A stretch of DNA of 64,000 bases from Eledone cirrhosa (lineage: Eukaryota), in the NCBI GenBank assembly GCA_964016885.1, contig OZ024742.1, positions 290,842,001-290,906,000 on the forward strand, read 5' to 3'. Both the position numbers and the translations under genes were made by a program. How positions within the stretch are numbered: position 1 is the stretch's first letter; every line of letters begins with the position of its first letter. Below, one piece after another: positions 50,992-63,608 of the stretch. The notes below the pieces were generated by a model. It saw only the letters and a program-made list of their open reading frames with translations. It had not been told where the DNA came from and made no database searches.

Positions 50992-53900
50992 TCTATAAAA
51001 GGCAGATTGTTATTGTGTGTGTGTGTGTGTGTGTGCATGTTCCATGTTTATACATTTGCACAATTTCAAACCGATTTGACTCAAAGTCTGTAAGAATGTT
51101 GTAAATGGTCCAACTTAATTCAACGACTATTTATTTTTTCCCAACTCACACCCAATTACGGAAATAATCGATAAAACTAAATACATGATGCTTAACCCTC
51201 TAATACAATCTGATTTCCTCTCTCTACTCCCCTTAAAAATCGAAAAAATACATACATGCTGTAACTTTCTCTTATATACGCTTAAAACCCCCTCCTTACA
51301 AACTTCCTTTAGGAATGCGGTAGAAAGAAGAGAGAAAGAAATGAAGGAGAAAGAGAGAGAGTGAGAGACAGAGAGAGAGAATGTTTGTTTCTGTGTGTGT
51401 TAGGAACGCAACATTTATTTACTTCAATGACAATGAAGAGAACTTATTACATTTCATACCAAACAACAATTATTCAAAAGAAACAGATAAATTTATTCAA
51501 CAACAAAAAAATAGTGATAAATCTTTTTTTTTAAATCTCTCAACGAACGTGGAAGTTCTTTTTTAAAACATCTCTCAACAAACGTGAGAGAGTGAGAGAG
51601 AACGTTTGTTTTCGAGTGTGGAACGGTCAAACATTTATTTACTTCAATGACAATGAAGAGAACTTATTACATTTCATACCAAACACCAATTATTCAAAAG
51701 CAACAGATATATTTATTCAACAACAAAAAAAATAGCGAAAAATCTTTTTTAAAACATCTTTCATCCAACTCACACTCAATTACATTTTGTGTATAACATA
51801 TTTAAACGTTTATTGATTGAAAAAAAAAACAACGTAGGGATTTTTGACCAAACAACTTCCACTTGCTAACAGAAGCGCACTTTCAACAAACTGTGAGTTA
51901 TTTATTTGCCGTTTGTTCTCCCCTTTTTTTCAACTGCGGAATGCCTCCAGTTTTCCGCCTTATACTTTCAAAGGCAATTTTGCTGTAGAAGTAACCCTTT
52001 CTTTTTCACATAAAATGCCACCTAAAAAGAGAAGTCGCCTCGGTCGCCATACCGCATCAGCGGCGGTGCAGAGGGCGATTACAGCAAACGAGTCCCCCGA
52101 GGAAACTGCTTTAAGACTTTCACAGAGCGCCTTACATTCAGCGGAATGCAGAGCCGCTGAAAGTTTTCAACAACGCACCGCACGCCTAGCCAAGATGGCT
52201 TCATACGACGCCTCGAGACGTGCTGCAATGTGCGATTCAGAGCGGGCAATACGTCATTAAAAAAACACCGCTTCTACTGCTGCTTCCAGGGCTTCAGAGG
52301 GCCCGGAACAAAGGTTGACTCGCCTGGCTAGAAACGCTGCTGCTTCCAGGGCTTCAGAGGGCCCGCAAAAATGGTCGACTCGACTGAATAGAAACGCTGC
52401 TGCTACTGCTGCTTCCAGGGCTTCAGAGGGCCCGGAACAAAGGGCGACTCGACTGACTAGAAACGTTGCGGATACTGCTGCTTCCAGGGCTTTGGAAGGT
52501 TTGGAACGGCGGACGACTCGCCTTGCTAGGAAGGCTGCGGCTATGACTACTTCCATGGCTTCTGAAGATGCAGACGGGCGGTTCATTAGGATTGCAAGGG
52601 TGGCTTCTGCTACTGCTGCGAGAGCTTCCCACGACCCACAGGAGCAATGTTCTACGTTGGAGCGGAACAGTCGACGACAAGAAGCTGACCGCGGTGTGAC
52701 GAGCCCCAACAGCCCATACTGGCACCTACAGGCTTTCAAGTATGAGTCCAACGTTAACTACTCGATGCGCGCCGACATAAATATAGGGCAAATGCGCTTC
52801 AATTGCCAATTCTGCAATGCTAAAAAGTGGGATGGGGAGCCACCTGCAATGTGCTGCTTAAACGGTAAGGTCAGCTTGCCCCCCTCTTGGGGAACCACCA
52901 GAGCCTTTGAAGGAACTACTTACTGGTTCTACCTCAAGGTCATCCAAATTCCTTCAACTCATCAGGAAGTACAATTGTGCGTTTCAAATGACTTCTTTCG
53001 GAGCTAATGTTGTCAGAGAAAGTGGTTGGATGCCTACTTTCAAGGTCCAAGGGCAGGTGTACCATCTTATTGGGTCGCTCCAGCTACTACAAAATTGCAA
53101 GCCTTCGTTCCTTCAAATTTACTTCATTTGTAACTACAGTAGGCAAGTTGATGCGCGGTTTGGCGTTATTCCAACACCTGCAAACACTGACGCTGACACT
53201 TTTGACAGGGACGTGCTGCTCGGTCTTCAAAACATGCTTCATGAGCACAACAGTTATATTCGCAGTTTCAAATACGCCTTGGAAACAACCCCTTCACCAA
53301 ACTTCACCATTGTCATCGATGCTGACAAAAGATCTTCTGGGGAGCACGCATGCCGTTATAACACTCCTTCGTGCAATGAAGTGGCCGTAGTTATCCATGG
53401 TGAACAGCACAATAAGTGAGACATAGTTCTTCAAAGCCGTGACAGTGGTCTTCGACGTATTAATGAGACGTATCGTTCATACGACGCCCTGCAGTATCCC
53501 CTTCTTTTTGCATACGGAGAAGACGGGTACCATTTTGGCATTCCTCAGCGCAAACCAAACGACACCACTGCTGCGACATCTAAAACTGTTTCATGTATGG
53601 CTTTATACTCATATCGCTTCATGACGAGGCCTAACGATTTCAGCACCCTGCACAGGTCACGGGAACTGTTTCACCAGTTTGCAGTTGACATGACCATCTA
53701 ACCCATGCTAGTGTGGAAAATGGACGTTAAATGAAGATGATGATGGCTGCAAAGATGGAGTCGGAGAGACTGTGCTTCATAAAATTGAATCAGAAGTAGC
53801 TGCTCTCAGACTCCTACATCCATTTGCGTGACGGCATCAGGAATGACACTGACCCCCGGAACATCAGCAAAATGTGCATTCTCCCCTCAACCTATATGGA

Positions 53901-55617
53901 GGGGGGGGGGGGGGGGGGCGGTACATGCACGAGCGAACACAGGACGCTATGACGTTCATTCGGCATTATGAGCGCCCCGATTTATTCATCATGTTTACAT
54001 GTAACCCCAAGTGGGTTGAGGTTACACGGAAACTTCTCCCAGGGCAGCAGTACTGCCATCAGCATGATATTATTGCCAGGGTTTTCAGGCAGAAGCTGGC
54101 TAAGCTAATTGATCTAATCAAAAAAGGGCAGGTTTTCAGGCCTGTTAGGTGCCACATGTATACTGTTGAGTGGCAGAAGAGAGGGTTGCCACACGCGCAC
54201 ATTTTGGTTTGGTTGGTCACCAAAATAGACCCTACAGTTCTAGATGACGTCATCGCAGCGGAAATACCGGACCCCGTTGTTGACTGGCAGCTGTACGACA
54301 TTGTGAAGGCACACATGGTGCACGGTCCGTGCGGTGCCGGTTTTCAAGAGTTCTCCTCATACCACAAGGACCATGTGTGCACTAAACGATACCCAAAGAG
54401 GTTCGTTGAGGAGACCCAGACTGGCGGGATCCCCACTGTACAGACGAAGGCGGCCTTAGAACGGTGGATTCACTATGACGTTACGGGGTCATCAAGTTGA
54501 TAATAGGTGGGTGGTCCCGTACTGTCCATTTCTGATGAAAACTTTCAACGCTCATATAAATGTGGAGTTCTGTCATTCAGTGAAGTCAATAAAGTACATA
54601 TGTAAATATGTTAACAAGGGTTCTGACGCTGCCATGTTCGGCCTTCAAAACGACAATAGCAGGGACGAAGTGTCGGAGTACTTGGCAGGTCGATATATCA
54701 GCAGTGGTGAAGCTTTTTGGCAGATATTCGGGTTTCCGCTTGACCAAAGGCACCCCGCCATCATACAACTAGCAGTTCATTTGGAAAGCGGAGAGCAAAC
54801 TTTACTGAACAGACTGCTACTAAATTGGCGGCCAATCTAAAAGAAACAACTTTAACTGGTTTTTTTACGCTTTGCCAACTTGACACATTTGCCGAAACAC
54901 TTTTATATCCTCAAGTCCCGTCCTACTACGTGTGGTCAAACAACACTTGGGTGCGTAGGAAGTCAGGTCAGGATGTTGAAGGACATCCTGGTGTCAAGTT
55001 TGACAGTTGTCTAAGAAGAGTGTACACTGTACTTCCCAACCAGCATGAGTGTTTTCACCTGCGCCTTCTCCATGAGGTTTTTGGCCCACAAAGCTTTTGA
55101 GACATAAGAACTGTTGACGGTGAATTATGTGATACTTTCCAGGAAGCCTATTTTAGGCGTGGCCTTTTGGAGGATGATTCACAATGGGGCGCCACTATGG
55201 CAGAGGGCGTTTTGTTGAAATCTCCTAAACGACTAAGATCGCTTTTCGCTATTCTACTCCTATGGTGCGACTTGGGTGATCCGGCCTCTTTATGGCTTAG
55301 CTACAAAGATTACATGTCTGAAGATTTCCTGCGTCACACTCAGTTGCTAAACCCATCGATGGAGGTCAGATACAGTGACCTCATTTACAACAGGGCGCTG
55401 CTTGAAATCGAAGATACTGTTCTCGATATGGGCGGTAGTGCATTGGCAGTGTATGGCCTACTTTCAACAAACTGGGAAGGCGCAAACACTCTGTCTTCGG
55501 ATTTGCTGCGTGAGACATCTTATAATATTGATGAGCTTGCCCAGTACATAGCGGAGAATGAGCCAAAGCTCCTTCCGGAACAGAAATTCGCTTACAACTC
55601 CGTTGTTTATTCTGTCA
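50992..55617 (+). mobile_element. Helitron copy 2: N-terminus, HelN and Rep, cut off just before the helicase
   Basis: 5' TCTATAAAAGGCAGA; MPPKKRSRL start at 52015; FKVQGQVYH, FTCNPKW, VEWQKRGLPHAHIL, KYICKYVNKG, ENEPKLLPEQ. Confidence 0.92.
53693..53745 (+). mobile_element. Ultra-short RTE 3'-tail insertion in Helitron coding sequence
   Basis: CCATCTAACCCATGCTAGTGTGGAAAATGGACGTTAAATGAAGATGATGATG sits between the codons for VDM and AAKME, with ATG on both sides. Confidence 0.8.
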
Positions 55618-56526
55618 TCTTTGCTTTAATTTCTCGTTTATCCAGTATTTCTTTCTTCTTTTTCCCTTTTGTTTGGGGGAGGGAGGGGGGGGGGTGTTTC
55701 TGTATTAATTTTCCATTCTTTACTTTTACTTCGTACGATCTTTCATGTAGCGTGTATAAGACTTTTCGTTTCGTGGCGGTACCCTTAGAGTTAGCACTAG
55801 TATTTTTTTGCGGGACCCTAAATTATATTCTCATACTAGTTTACTTTCTTGCACTGGGTGGTTGCTGGCACTGTGATTGGGGTAGAAACCTTTATTATTT
55901 CGTGGCAGTCTCTTTAGTATTTTATTCTTCATTATATATATTTTTAAATTTATTTATCTATTCTTTTATTCACGTATTTGTTTATTTATTTATTTATGTA
56001 TTTCTTTAGCCTAGCAATAGCGAGAGACTTAAGTCTTAGTAACCAGACTTAGCTTATTTTTTTTTTTTTTCTCTCTCAGTACTGTTTATAGTTTTAACCT
56101 CCATTGTTCTACTTACCGTTTCGAATTCCTCCCCCTCCCCTCCCCAGTATCCATTTGACCTCACGCCCAGCTGTAGCCGGCACTACCAACGCATGAATGG
56201 GTCTACTCCACCCCCTCTCCCTTTTTCTCCTACCGGCAGGTTTAGCTACCCCTTCCCCCACCAATTTGCCATCACCGATTTACTACTAACTTGTGATGTG
56301 ACCAATCCTGGTGATTGTCTCTCTGACCATATATGGAATTACCCCTTGATAAGCTCGGCTATTTAAATACCAGAATAAATTTTCATTCAGTCCAGAATTA
56401 GCCGTCGAAACAGCTTGAGCTCAGCCGTCGGGGTCTTACTTGTTCCTATTACCCACTCTACTACCCTAAGTATTGAGTACTTTGGTGCGTTATGGTCCAC
56501 CTGGTTCCTTACCACATTTCCTTCGT
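55618..56526 (+). mobile_element. Non-coding, hammerhead-bearing insertion (PLE pseudo-LTR or retrozyme-like)
   Basis: Abruptly replaces Helitron coding sequence, is T-rich, has no recognisable protein and contains a hammerhead at 56341. A second partial copy lies at 63487-63573 (-). Confidence 0.55.
56341..56434 (+). ncRNA. Type I hammerhead ribozyme, U3-A8 core variant with long stem-loop II
   Basis: Stem I ACCCC/GGGGT; core TTGATAA; stem II CGGCTA..TAGCCG; GAAAC; quasi-palindromic stem III CAGCTTGAGCTCAGCCG; canonical GUC triplet at 56427-56429. Confidence 0.72.
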
Positions 56527-56559
56527 TATATATATATATGTATATGTATATATAATTAT

Positions 56560-58035
56560 CATCAACATCATCATCATCGTTTAACGACCATTTTCCACGC
56601 TAGCATGGGTCTGGACGGGAATTGTCCCCCTTGAGGCAAGATTCGTTGTCTTGCTCAGGACTGTCTGGCGGGTATTCTACGGTTGGATACCCTTCCTAAC
56701 GCCAACCACGTTTACAGTGTGGACTGGGAGGTTTTTACCGTGTTACCTACACGGCCACATTACAGCATGGACTGTGTGTTTTTTTGTCATGACACCTACA
56801 CGACCTCATTTATTTAGAACTGGATGTTGTGGTACCAACATAGCTTTACATCGAAAGGGGTGGTGTAGATGGCTGTGGGGGTAGGGTTAGTGGGACGGGG
56901 GTGTATCTTGGTTAAGCGGTGCCTACTGACTGTAGGTTTTGCTTTATACTTAGGCAAGGCGGGTCTTCTGTATTACTACGTAGCGCCAAAGATCTCGGTC
57001 CAGTGACATTGTCTTGGAGAGATGTAAGTGTGTGAGGTCGGATTTTATCAAATCGTCCCAGGTTTTTCTGGGTCTGTCTACTCCGTAGCTACCATCTATT
57101 TTGATCGCCCTGCACTTTTTTATACAGCTATCATCTTTCATGCGCATCACGTGACCATACCAACGTAGTCTTCTCTCGAGTAAACAGCATCTGATCCCTC
57201 TTATTTCTAATTTCTCACTTAGTTCATTTATGCTTTGCCAGTCGCGTATATTGCTATTACACATCCAACGGAGCATGCAAGCTTCGTTCCTCTCCAGTCT
57301 GCGTAGATCCTCTGCACACAAGGCCCATGTCTCACTGCCATGTAACATCGCTGATCGTATGCAGGCATCATCCAGCCTGCCTTTTATTTTTAGAGAGAAA
57401 CCTTTAGCGGCCAATAGTGGTATAAGCTCTCTGAACTTTTTCCATCCCGTTCTGACTCTAGCTACAGTACTTTCGGAGCACCCTCCCCCACTGCTGATTT
57501 TGTCACCCAGGTAACGGAAGGTGGCCACTATTTCTATAGAACCATCTGGGCAATGAAATGAGCTAGTATTCTGTGGGCATTTGCTGCTACTTATTGCACC
57601 AGAGCACCGGCCACATGTGAAATCTATATTCTTAGTTAGCTTACCTGTGATCCCACTACATCTTTTATGCACCCATACTTTGCATTTGGGACATAAAATG
57701 GAGTTTCTGCCTACTCCTTTCCTACACACTGAGCATGGCAATTTCCCAGATGGGACCAGTGCCATATTCTCTTTCCTACATATTAGGACTTTAGTTTTAG
57801 ACAAGTTAACTTTAAGGCATTTTGATTCTAAGCCATGCTTCCATGTTTGGAATTTCTTCTCTAGCTCAGCCATTGATTCGGCTATGAGCGTTAGATCATC
57901 TGCATATAGGAGTTCCCATGGGCAGCCGGTCTTGAACTCCTCTGTTATAGCTTGGAGGGCGATAATAAATAGGAGGGGGCTAAGGACGGAGCCCTGATGA
58001 ACACCAACTTTTCACTATATTCGTTGTTAATTCTA
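56560..58035 (-). mobile_element. 5'-truncated RTE LINE subfamily A
   Basis: ORF 56950-57873 is nearly identical to 1337-2329. (CAT)n tail present. Confidence 0.92.
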
Positions 58036-58204
58036 ATATGTATATGAATGTATATATGTATATATATATATGCATATATATATATGTATATACACACATA
58101 TATATATATATGTATATGTATATATGTATATATGTGTGTATATATGTATATATGTGTATATATATGTATATGTGTATATATATATATATATGTGTGTATA
58201 TATA

Positions 58205-58253
<49 letters not shown>

Positions 58254-58330
58254 ATATATATGTATATGTATATATATGTATATATCTAAATGTGTATATA
58301 TATATATTTATATATATATATGTATATATC

Positions 58331-58370
<40 letters not shown>
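58036..58370. repeat. Long compound (TA)n/(TATG)n microsatellite
   Basis: About 335 bp of TA/TG dinucleotides. Confidence 0.95.
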
Positions 58371-58802
58371 CTAATAAAGATTCAGCGAGAATCACATTTT
58401 CGGCGGGCAGGAAAAGCGAGGCGAAACAAAAAAATCAGAAAGGATACTGGCAAAGTGCTCAATAGTTAAAAACCAGAGCTAAACAATGTTAAGAAGCCAT
58501 ACAAAACTGAAAAGGTGGTCAAGAAAGCATTAACCACCCAAGCCCAAAACCAAATCAAGCTAAACAGGTCAAGACAAAATAAATGATAAAAAATAAGTGA
58601 TATCCAGACCTGGATATATATATATATATATATATATGGACTCCCGGAATTGCTGTTAAAATCCGATGTAGAGTTTCTGTAACACCTAAATCAAAATACA
58701 GTCTGCTTAAAAATATAAGCTTTGTGTATAACGATCGAACAAGGAATATCACGTTATCAACAGGTATTTCGCTCTGTACCAAATAATGTATGTATATATA
58801 TA

Positions 58803-59655
58803 TTGCTAATTTTATGCAAATTTTTTTAACTTCCGTTGTCACTCTTGTCTTCATAAAAACAGTTACTATATTTCCATTATTTATTTTCAGAATAATTGAT
58901 TATGAATAATTTTGAACCTCCAAATTTGTGGAAGAGACACGGAGTTCTTGGAATGCGCGCCAGGAGGACAAATAAGGAAATTTCAGAAACTCACAGAACA
59001 ACAGGTGGCTCGCTGTCTCTTCCAAAGACGTGCCCAGAGTCATGCAGACAAAGTTTCCAGCGACAACATTGGTCTTAGGTGTCGTCAGCAGTCAAGGTGA
59101 TGTCATGCCACCTCACTTCTTCTCTGAGGCCTCAAGCTGAACACCGATGGCTACATCCGCATTCTGAGCAAGGTAGTAAAGCCCTGGATCGACCAGGTAG
59201 CTGCAGGTAGGCCGTACGTGTGGCAGCAAGACTCAGCGCCCTGCCATACCCCTTGAAAGACCTAAGCCTGGCTGTCAGAGAACTTCGTTGACCACACTTC
59301 ACCTGACATCTGACCTCCCAGCTCGCCTGACTGCAACCCCCTCGACTTCTTTGTGTGGGGTGGAGTGGAACGAGACACCAACAGATCTAGCTGCAATACG
59401 AAAGACGATCTGAAGGCCAGGATCACAAGTGCCCTTAGGGGCCTAACTCGGGGGACAGTGACGAAGGCCTGTAGCTGGTTCCGAGGCGGCCTTGAGGCCG
59501 TCATCAAAGCCAATGGCGGGTTTATCGAGTGAGATCGAAAGAACAGGTCATGAAGACAAACTGACCCAAGTTTGATAAATATATCTTAAAAAATAAAACT
59601 ACTGTGTTATTTTTCCTACACAGTAATCTTGCGAACAAATATCATCCGCATCCTG
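58803..59655 (+). mobile_element. Deleted Tc1/mariner element, DD37D (maT) family
   Basis: YVWQQDSAPCHT...PPSSPDCNPLDFFVW has 37 codons between the second and third Asp (with stops) and ends LEAVIKANGGFIE*. Right end CATCCTG|TA; left TIR not found. Confidence 0.85.
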
Positions 59656-59687
59656 TATATGTGTATATATGTATATGTATATAAATG

Positions 59688-59720
<33 letters not shown>

Positions 59721-59732
59721 GTATGTATATCT

Positions 59733-62700
59733 CATCATCATCGTTTAATGTCCATCTTCCACGCTAGCATGGGTTAGACGGGAGTTGTCCCACTTGTGGA
59801 AAGGTTGGTTGGGTGACCATGTCTCGCTCATATAGGACTATCTGGCAGGTTGCCTACGGCTCGATGCCCTTCTTAACACCAACCACATTTACAGTGTGGA
59901 ACTTGGAACTTTTTACCGTGTTTTTTTGTCGTGACACCTACACGATCTCGATCTCATTATCTCATTTATTTGGACTGGATGTTGTGGTACCAACTTTACA
60001 GAGAGAGGGTGGTGTTGGTGGGAGTGGGAGGATAGGGTTGGGGTAGTGGATTGGGGTGTATATATAGTTAAGAGGTGCCTACTGACTGTAGGTTTCGCTT
60101 TGTACATAGGCAAGGCGGGTCTTCTATATTACTGCGTAGCGCCAAAGATCTCGGTCCAGTGACATTGTCTTGGAGAGGTGTAAGTGTGTAACGTCGGAAT
60201 TTATCAAATCGTCCCAGGTTTTTCTGGGTCTACCTACTCCGTAACTACCATCTATTTTCATCGGCCTGCACTTTTTTTATACAGCTGTCGTTTTTCATGC
60301 GCATCACGTGACCATACCAACGTAGTCTTCTCTCAATTAAACAGCATCTGATCCCTCTTATTCCTAATTTCTCACTTAGTTCATTTATGCTTTGCCGTTC
60401 ATGTATATTACTATTACACATCCAACGGAGCATGCATGCTTCATTCATTTGCAGTCTGTGCAGGTCCTCTGCATGTAATGCCCATGTCTCACTGCCATGT
60501 AACATTGCTGTTCGTATACAAGTATCATACAATCTGCCTTTCATTTTCAGAGAGAAACCTTTTGTGGCCAACAGTGGTATAAGCTCTCTGAACTTTTTCC
60601 ATCCCGTTCTGACTCTGGCTACTGTACTTTCAGAACACCCTCCACCACTGCTGATTTCGTCACCCAGGTAACGGAAAGTGTCTACTATTTCTATAGAACC
60701 ATCTGGGCAATAGAAGGAGCTAGTATCCTTTGGACACTTGCTACTTATTGCACCTGACCATTGGCCACATATAAAGTCTACGTTCTTAGATAGCTTACCT
60801 GTGATCCTACTACATCTTTTATGTACCCATACTTTGCATTTGGGACATAAAATGGAATTCTCCCTACTCCTTTCTTACACACCGAGCATGGCCATTTTCC
60901 TTTCTACGAACTAGAACTTTAGTCTTAGACAAGTTAACTTTAAGGCCTTTTGATTCTAGGCCATGCTTCCATGTTTCGAATTTCTTCTTTAGTTCAGCCA
61001 TTGATTCAGCTATGAGCATTAGATCATCTGCGTATAGGAGTTTCCATGGGCAGCCGGTCTTGAACTCCTCTGTTATAGCCTGAAGGGCAATAATAAATAA
61101 GAGGAGGCTAAGGATAGCCTTGATGAACGCCAACTTTTACACTAAATTATTCACAATATTCATTGTTAATTCTAACCTTACTGACTGTTTCTTTATACAT
61201 GGCTTGTATAGCTCTCACAAGCCATTCATCTACACCTAGTTTTATAAGAGCCCACCAGATAATGGACCGGGGGACTCTGTCAAAAGCTTTCTCCAGGTCT
61301 ATAAAAGCTAAGTAGCGGGGTTTACTTTTAGCAAGGTACTTCTCTTGTAGTTGTCGTACAAGGAAAAGAGCGTCTCTGGTACTTTTACCTGACACAAACC
61401 CAAACTGCATTTCATCTAGATCAATTCGCTCTCTGATTGGTTGTGTTATAACTCTTTCTGTGACCTTCATGACCTGGTCAACTAACTTAGTCTATAATTT
61501 CCCCTATCTAGAGCATCCCCTTTACCCTTGTAGCAGTTATGATAACGCTGCTACGCCAGTCTTTCGGTATGACCCCATTCTGTATTACTTGGTTAACTAT
61601 ATGGGTGACCATAGTGTGTCCCACCATATCAGATGCCTTCAACATCTCAGCAACTATCTCCAAAGGCCCAGCTGCCTTGCCTGTCTTCATATCTTTGATT
61701 GCCTTACTTATTATACTACCTTTAACTCGCACCGCTGGTCCTTCTATTGGATCGATTTGGTACAGACTATCTTTTTCCCATTTATTCTCCTCATTTAATA
61801 GTTTCTCGTAGTGACACTTCCAAGCTATCTTCTTATCAGTATCAGTGAGCGCAAGTACACCATTATCATTACGGACACACTTCTCCCCGACAATATCACG
61901 GTTTTCCTTGACACATTGTCTAGCAATCCTGAACAACTCACGTATTTGGTGCTCAAGTTGTAGAACATGCCTGAACTTTCTATCCTCTGCTACCCTTTTT
62001 GCAAGGTACATTTATCTCCTAGCTTCTCTCCTGGCCACTTGATAGTGCTCTCTACTTCCTCCATCCTGCTATACTTTCCAAGCCTGCTTTTTGGCCTTGA
62101 TTGTCTCTTCCACCTTACTGTTCCACCACCAGGTTACTCTCCTCCTGCCAATAGGTCTGCTCCAGCCACAGATTTCATCCGTTGCTTTCAGCAGGTTCAC
62201 TTTCAAGAATTGCCACTGTTCCTCTATATCACGTCTCTAATTGCTTTTCCTTATTGTCAAAGGCATCAAGTAATAAGCTTTTAAATTTGTCACTGGCTAT
62301 GGGGTCCTTCAACTTCCATATTCTTCTCCTCAAGGTAGGCCTCCTCTGTCATCGAGTACGTCTAATCCTGACTATGAGGCCACTAACTACTAGGCTATGT
62401 TGGGAGGTGCATTCTTCACGGGGGAGGGATGTAGTGTTTACAACAGACATTTTGTCCCGTCTTCTAGTAAGGATATAATCTATCTGGCTGGCGTGTTCCC
62501 CTGATCTATAGGTGATCAAGTGGTTTTCACGTTTTTTGAAGTTTGTGTTACAGATAGTTAGGCCATTTGCGTCACAGAATTCCAGGATTCTCAAGCCCTC
62601 CTCATTTCTATTTCCAACTCCATAGCGCCCATGGACTCCATCATAGCCATCACTATGTTGTCCAACGTGACTGTTTAGATCGCCAGCAATAATCAAATAG

Positions 62701-63053
62701 TCACTGTCGGTTATTTGGGAGGTAGTGTGCATTAGCATCTCATAGAACCTGTCCTTTATAACATCAGGTAGACCAGATTGGGGTGCATAAGCAGATATTA
62801 TTGTCACAGTAGTTCTATTTAGAACTAGTCTTAATTCAATTATTCTGTCATTCACTCTATTTACGTCAATTACCTTATCTACCCATTTTTCAACTAACAT
62901 AATTCCTACACCACCCTGTCCGTTGTCATTTCCCACCCAGAAAAGTTTATAGCATCGTTTTTTACCCACGATGAGTCTGGCAGACCCCCTCTCCACCTAG
63001 TCTCTTGAATACAACAAACATCAACTTCTTTACGTTCAAGCATCTCTACAACC
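59733..63053 (-). mobile_element. RTE LINE subfamily A, nearly full length and degenerate
   Basis: APE in 62349-62996, RT pieces in 61508-62011, 61147-61470, 60864-61133 and 60245-60571, (CAT)n tail. Confidence 0.93.
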
Positions 63054-63135
63054 TGATATATATATGCATATATACATATACATATACATATAATATATAT
63101 ACATATTTACACACATATATATATGTATATGTATA

Positions 63136-63487
63136 TCATCATCACCGTTTTACGTCCGTTCTTCCACGCTAGCATGGGTTAGACGGGTTGTCCTGTTGTG
63201 GGCAGTGTCTAGTCGGCTGACCATGCCTTGTTCATATGGGAAGTGATTCTGGCTTTATTTCTACAGCTCGATGCCCTTCCTAACACCAGCCTCATTTACA
63301 GTGAGTGCTGGGTGCTTTTTTTCCGTGGTGCCTACACATCCACTTTACAGTGTGGGCTGGGTGCTTTTTTGCTGTGGCACCTCCACGACCACTTTACAGT
63401 GGGAGGGTGTGGGGGCATATTGTCTATATGCTTCAGCTTCAGCTTGTACCATGGGAGGTCGGGTCTTTTTTTATTATTGTGTGACGC
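63136..63487 (-). mobile_element. 3' UTR fragment of RTE subfamily B
   Basis: Collinear with 43398-43745. Confidence 0.88.
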
Positions 63488-63608
63488 AATACTTAGGGTA
63501 GTAGAGTGGGTAATAGGAAAATGTTTAACCCCGACGGCAGAGCTCAAGCTGTTTTGACGGCTATTTCTGGACTCAGAAATAGCCGTTGATGGTTAAACAT
63601 TTTCCTAT
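63487..63608 (-). mobile_element. Truncated, folded-back second copy of the 56.3-kb hammerhead element
   Basis: Reverse complement AGTCCAGAAATAGCCGTCAAAACAGCTTGAGCTCTGCCGTCGGGGT..TTCCTATTACCCACTCTACTACCCTAAGTATTG matches 56389-56475. 63574-63608 is an inverted partial copy. Confidence 0.8.

Noticed and set aside
55167-56009. Helitron ORF with a hydrophobic, membrane-like C-terminus
   Set aside because: After about 55617 the frame runs into a T-rich non-coding insertion, so the Phe/Leu/Ile bias is compositional.
58038-58465. Tyr/Ile-rich ORFs (also near 37403, 37838, 41809 and 48022)
   Set aside because: These are translations of TA/TG microsatellites.
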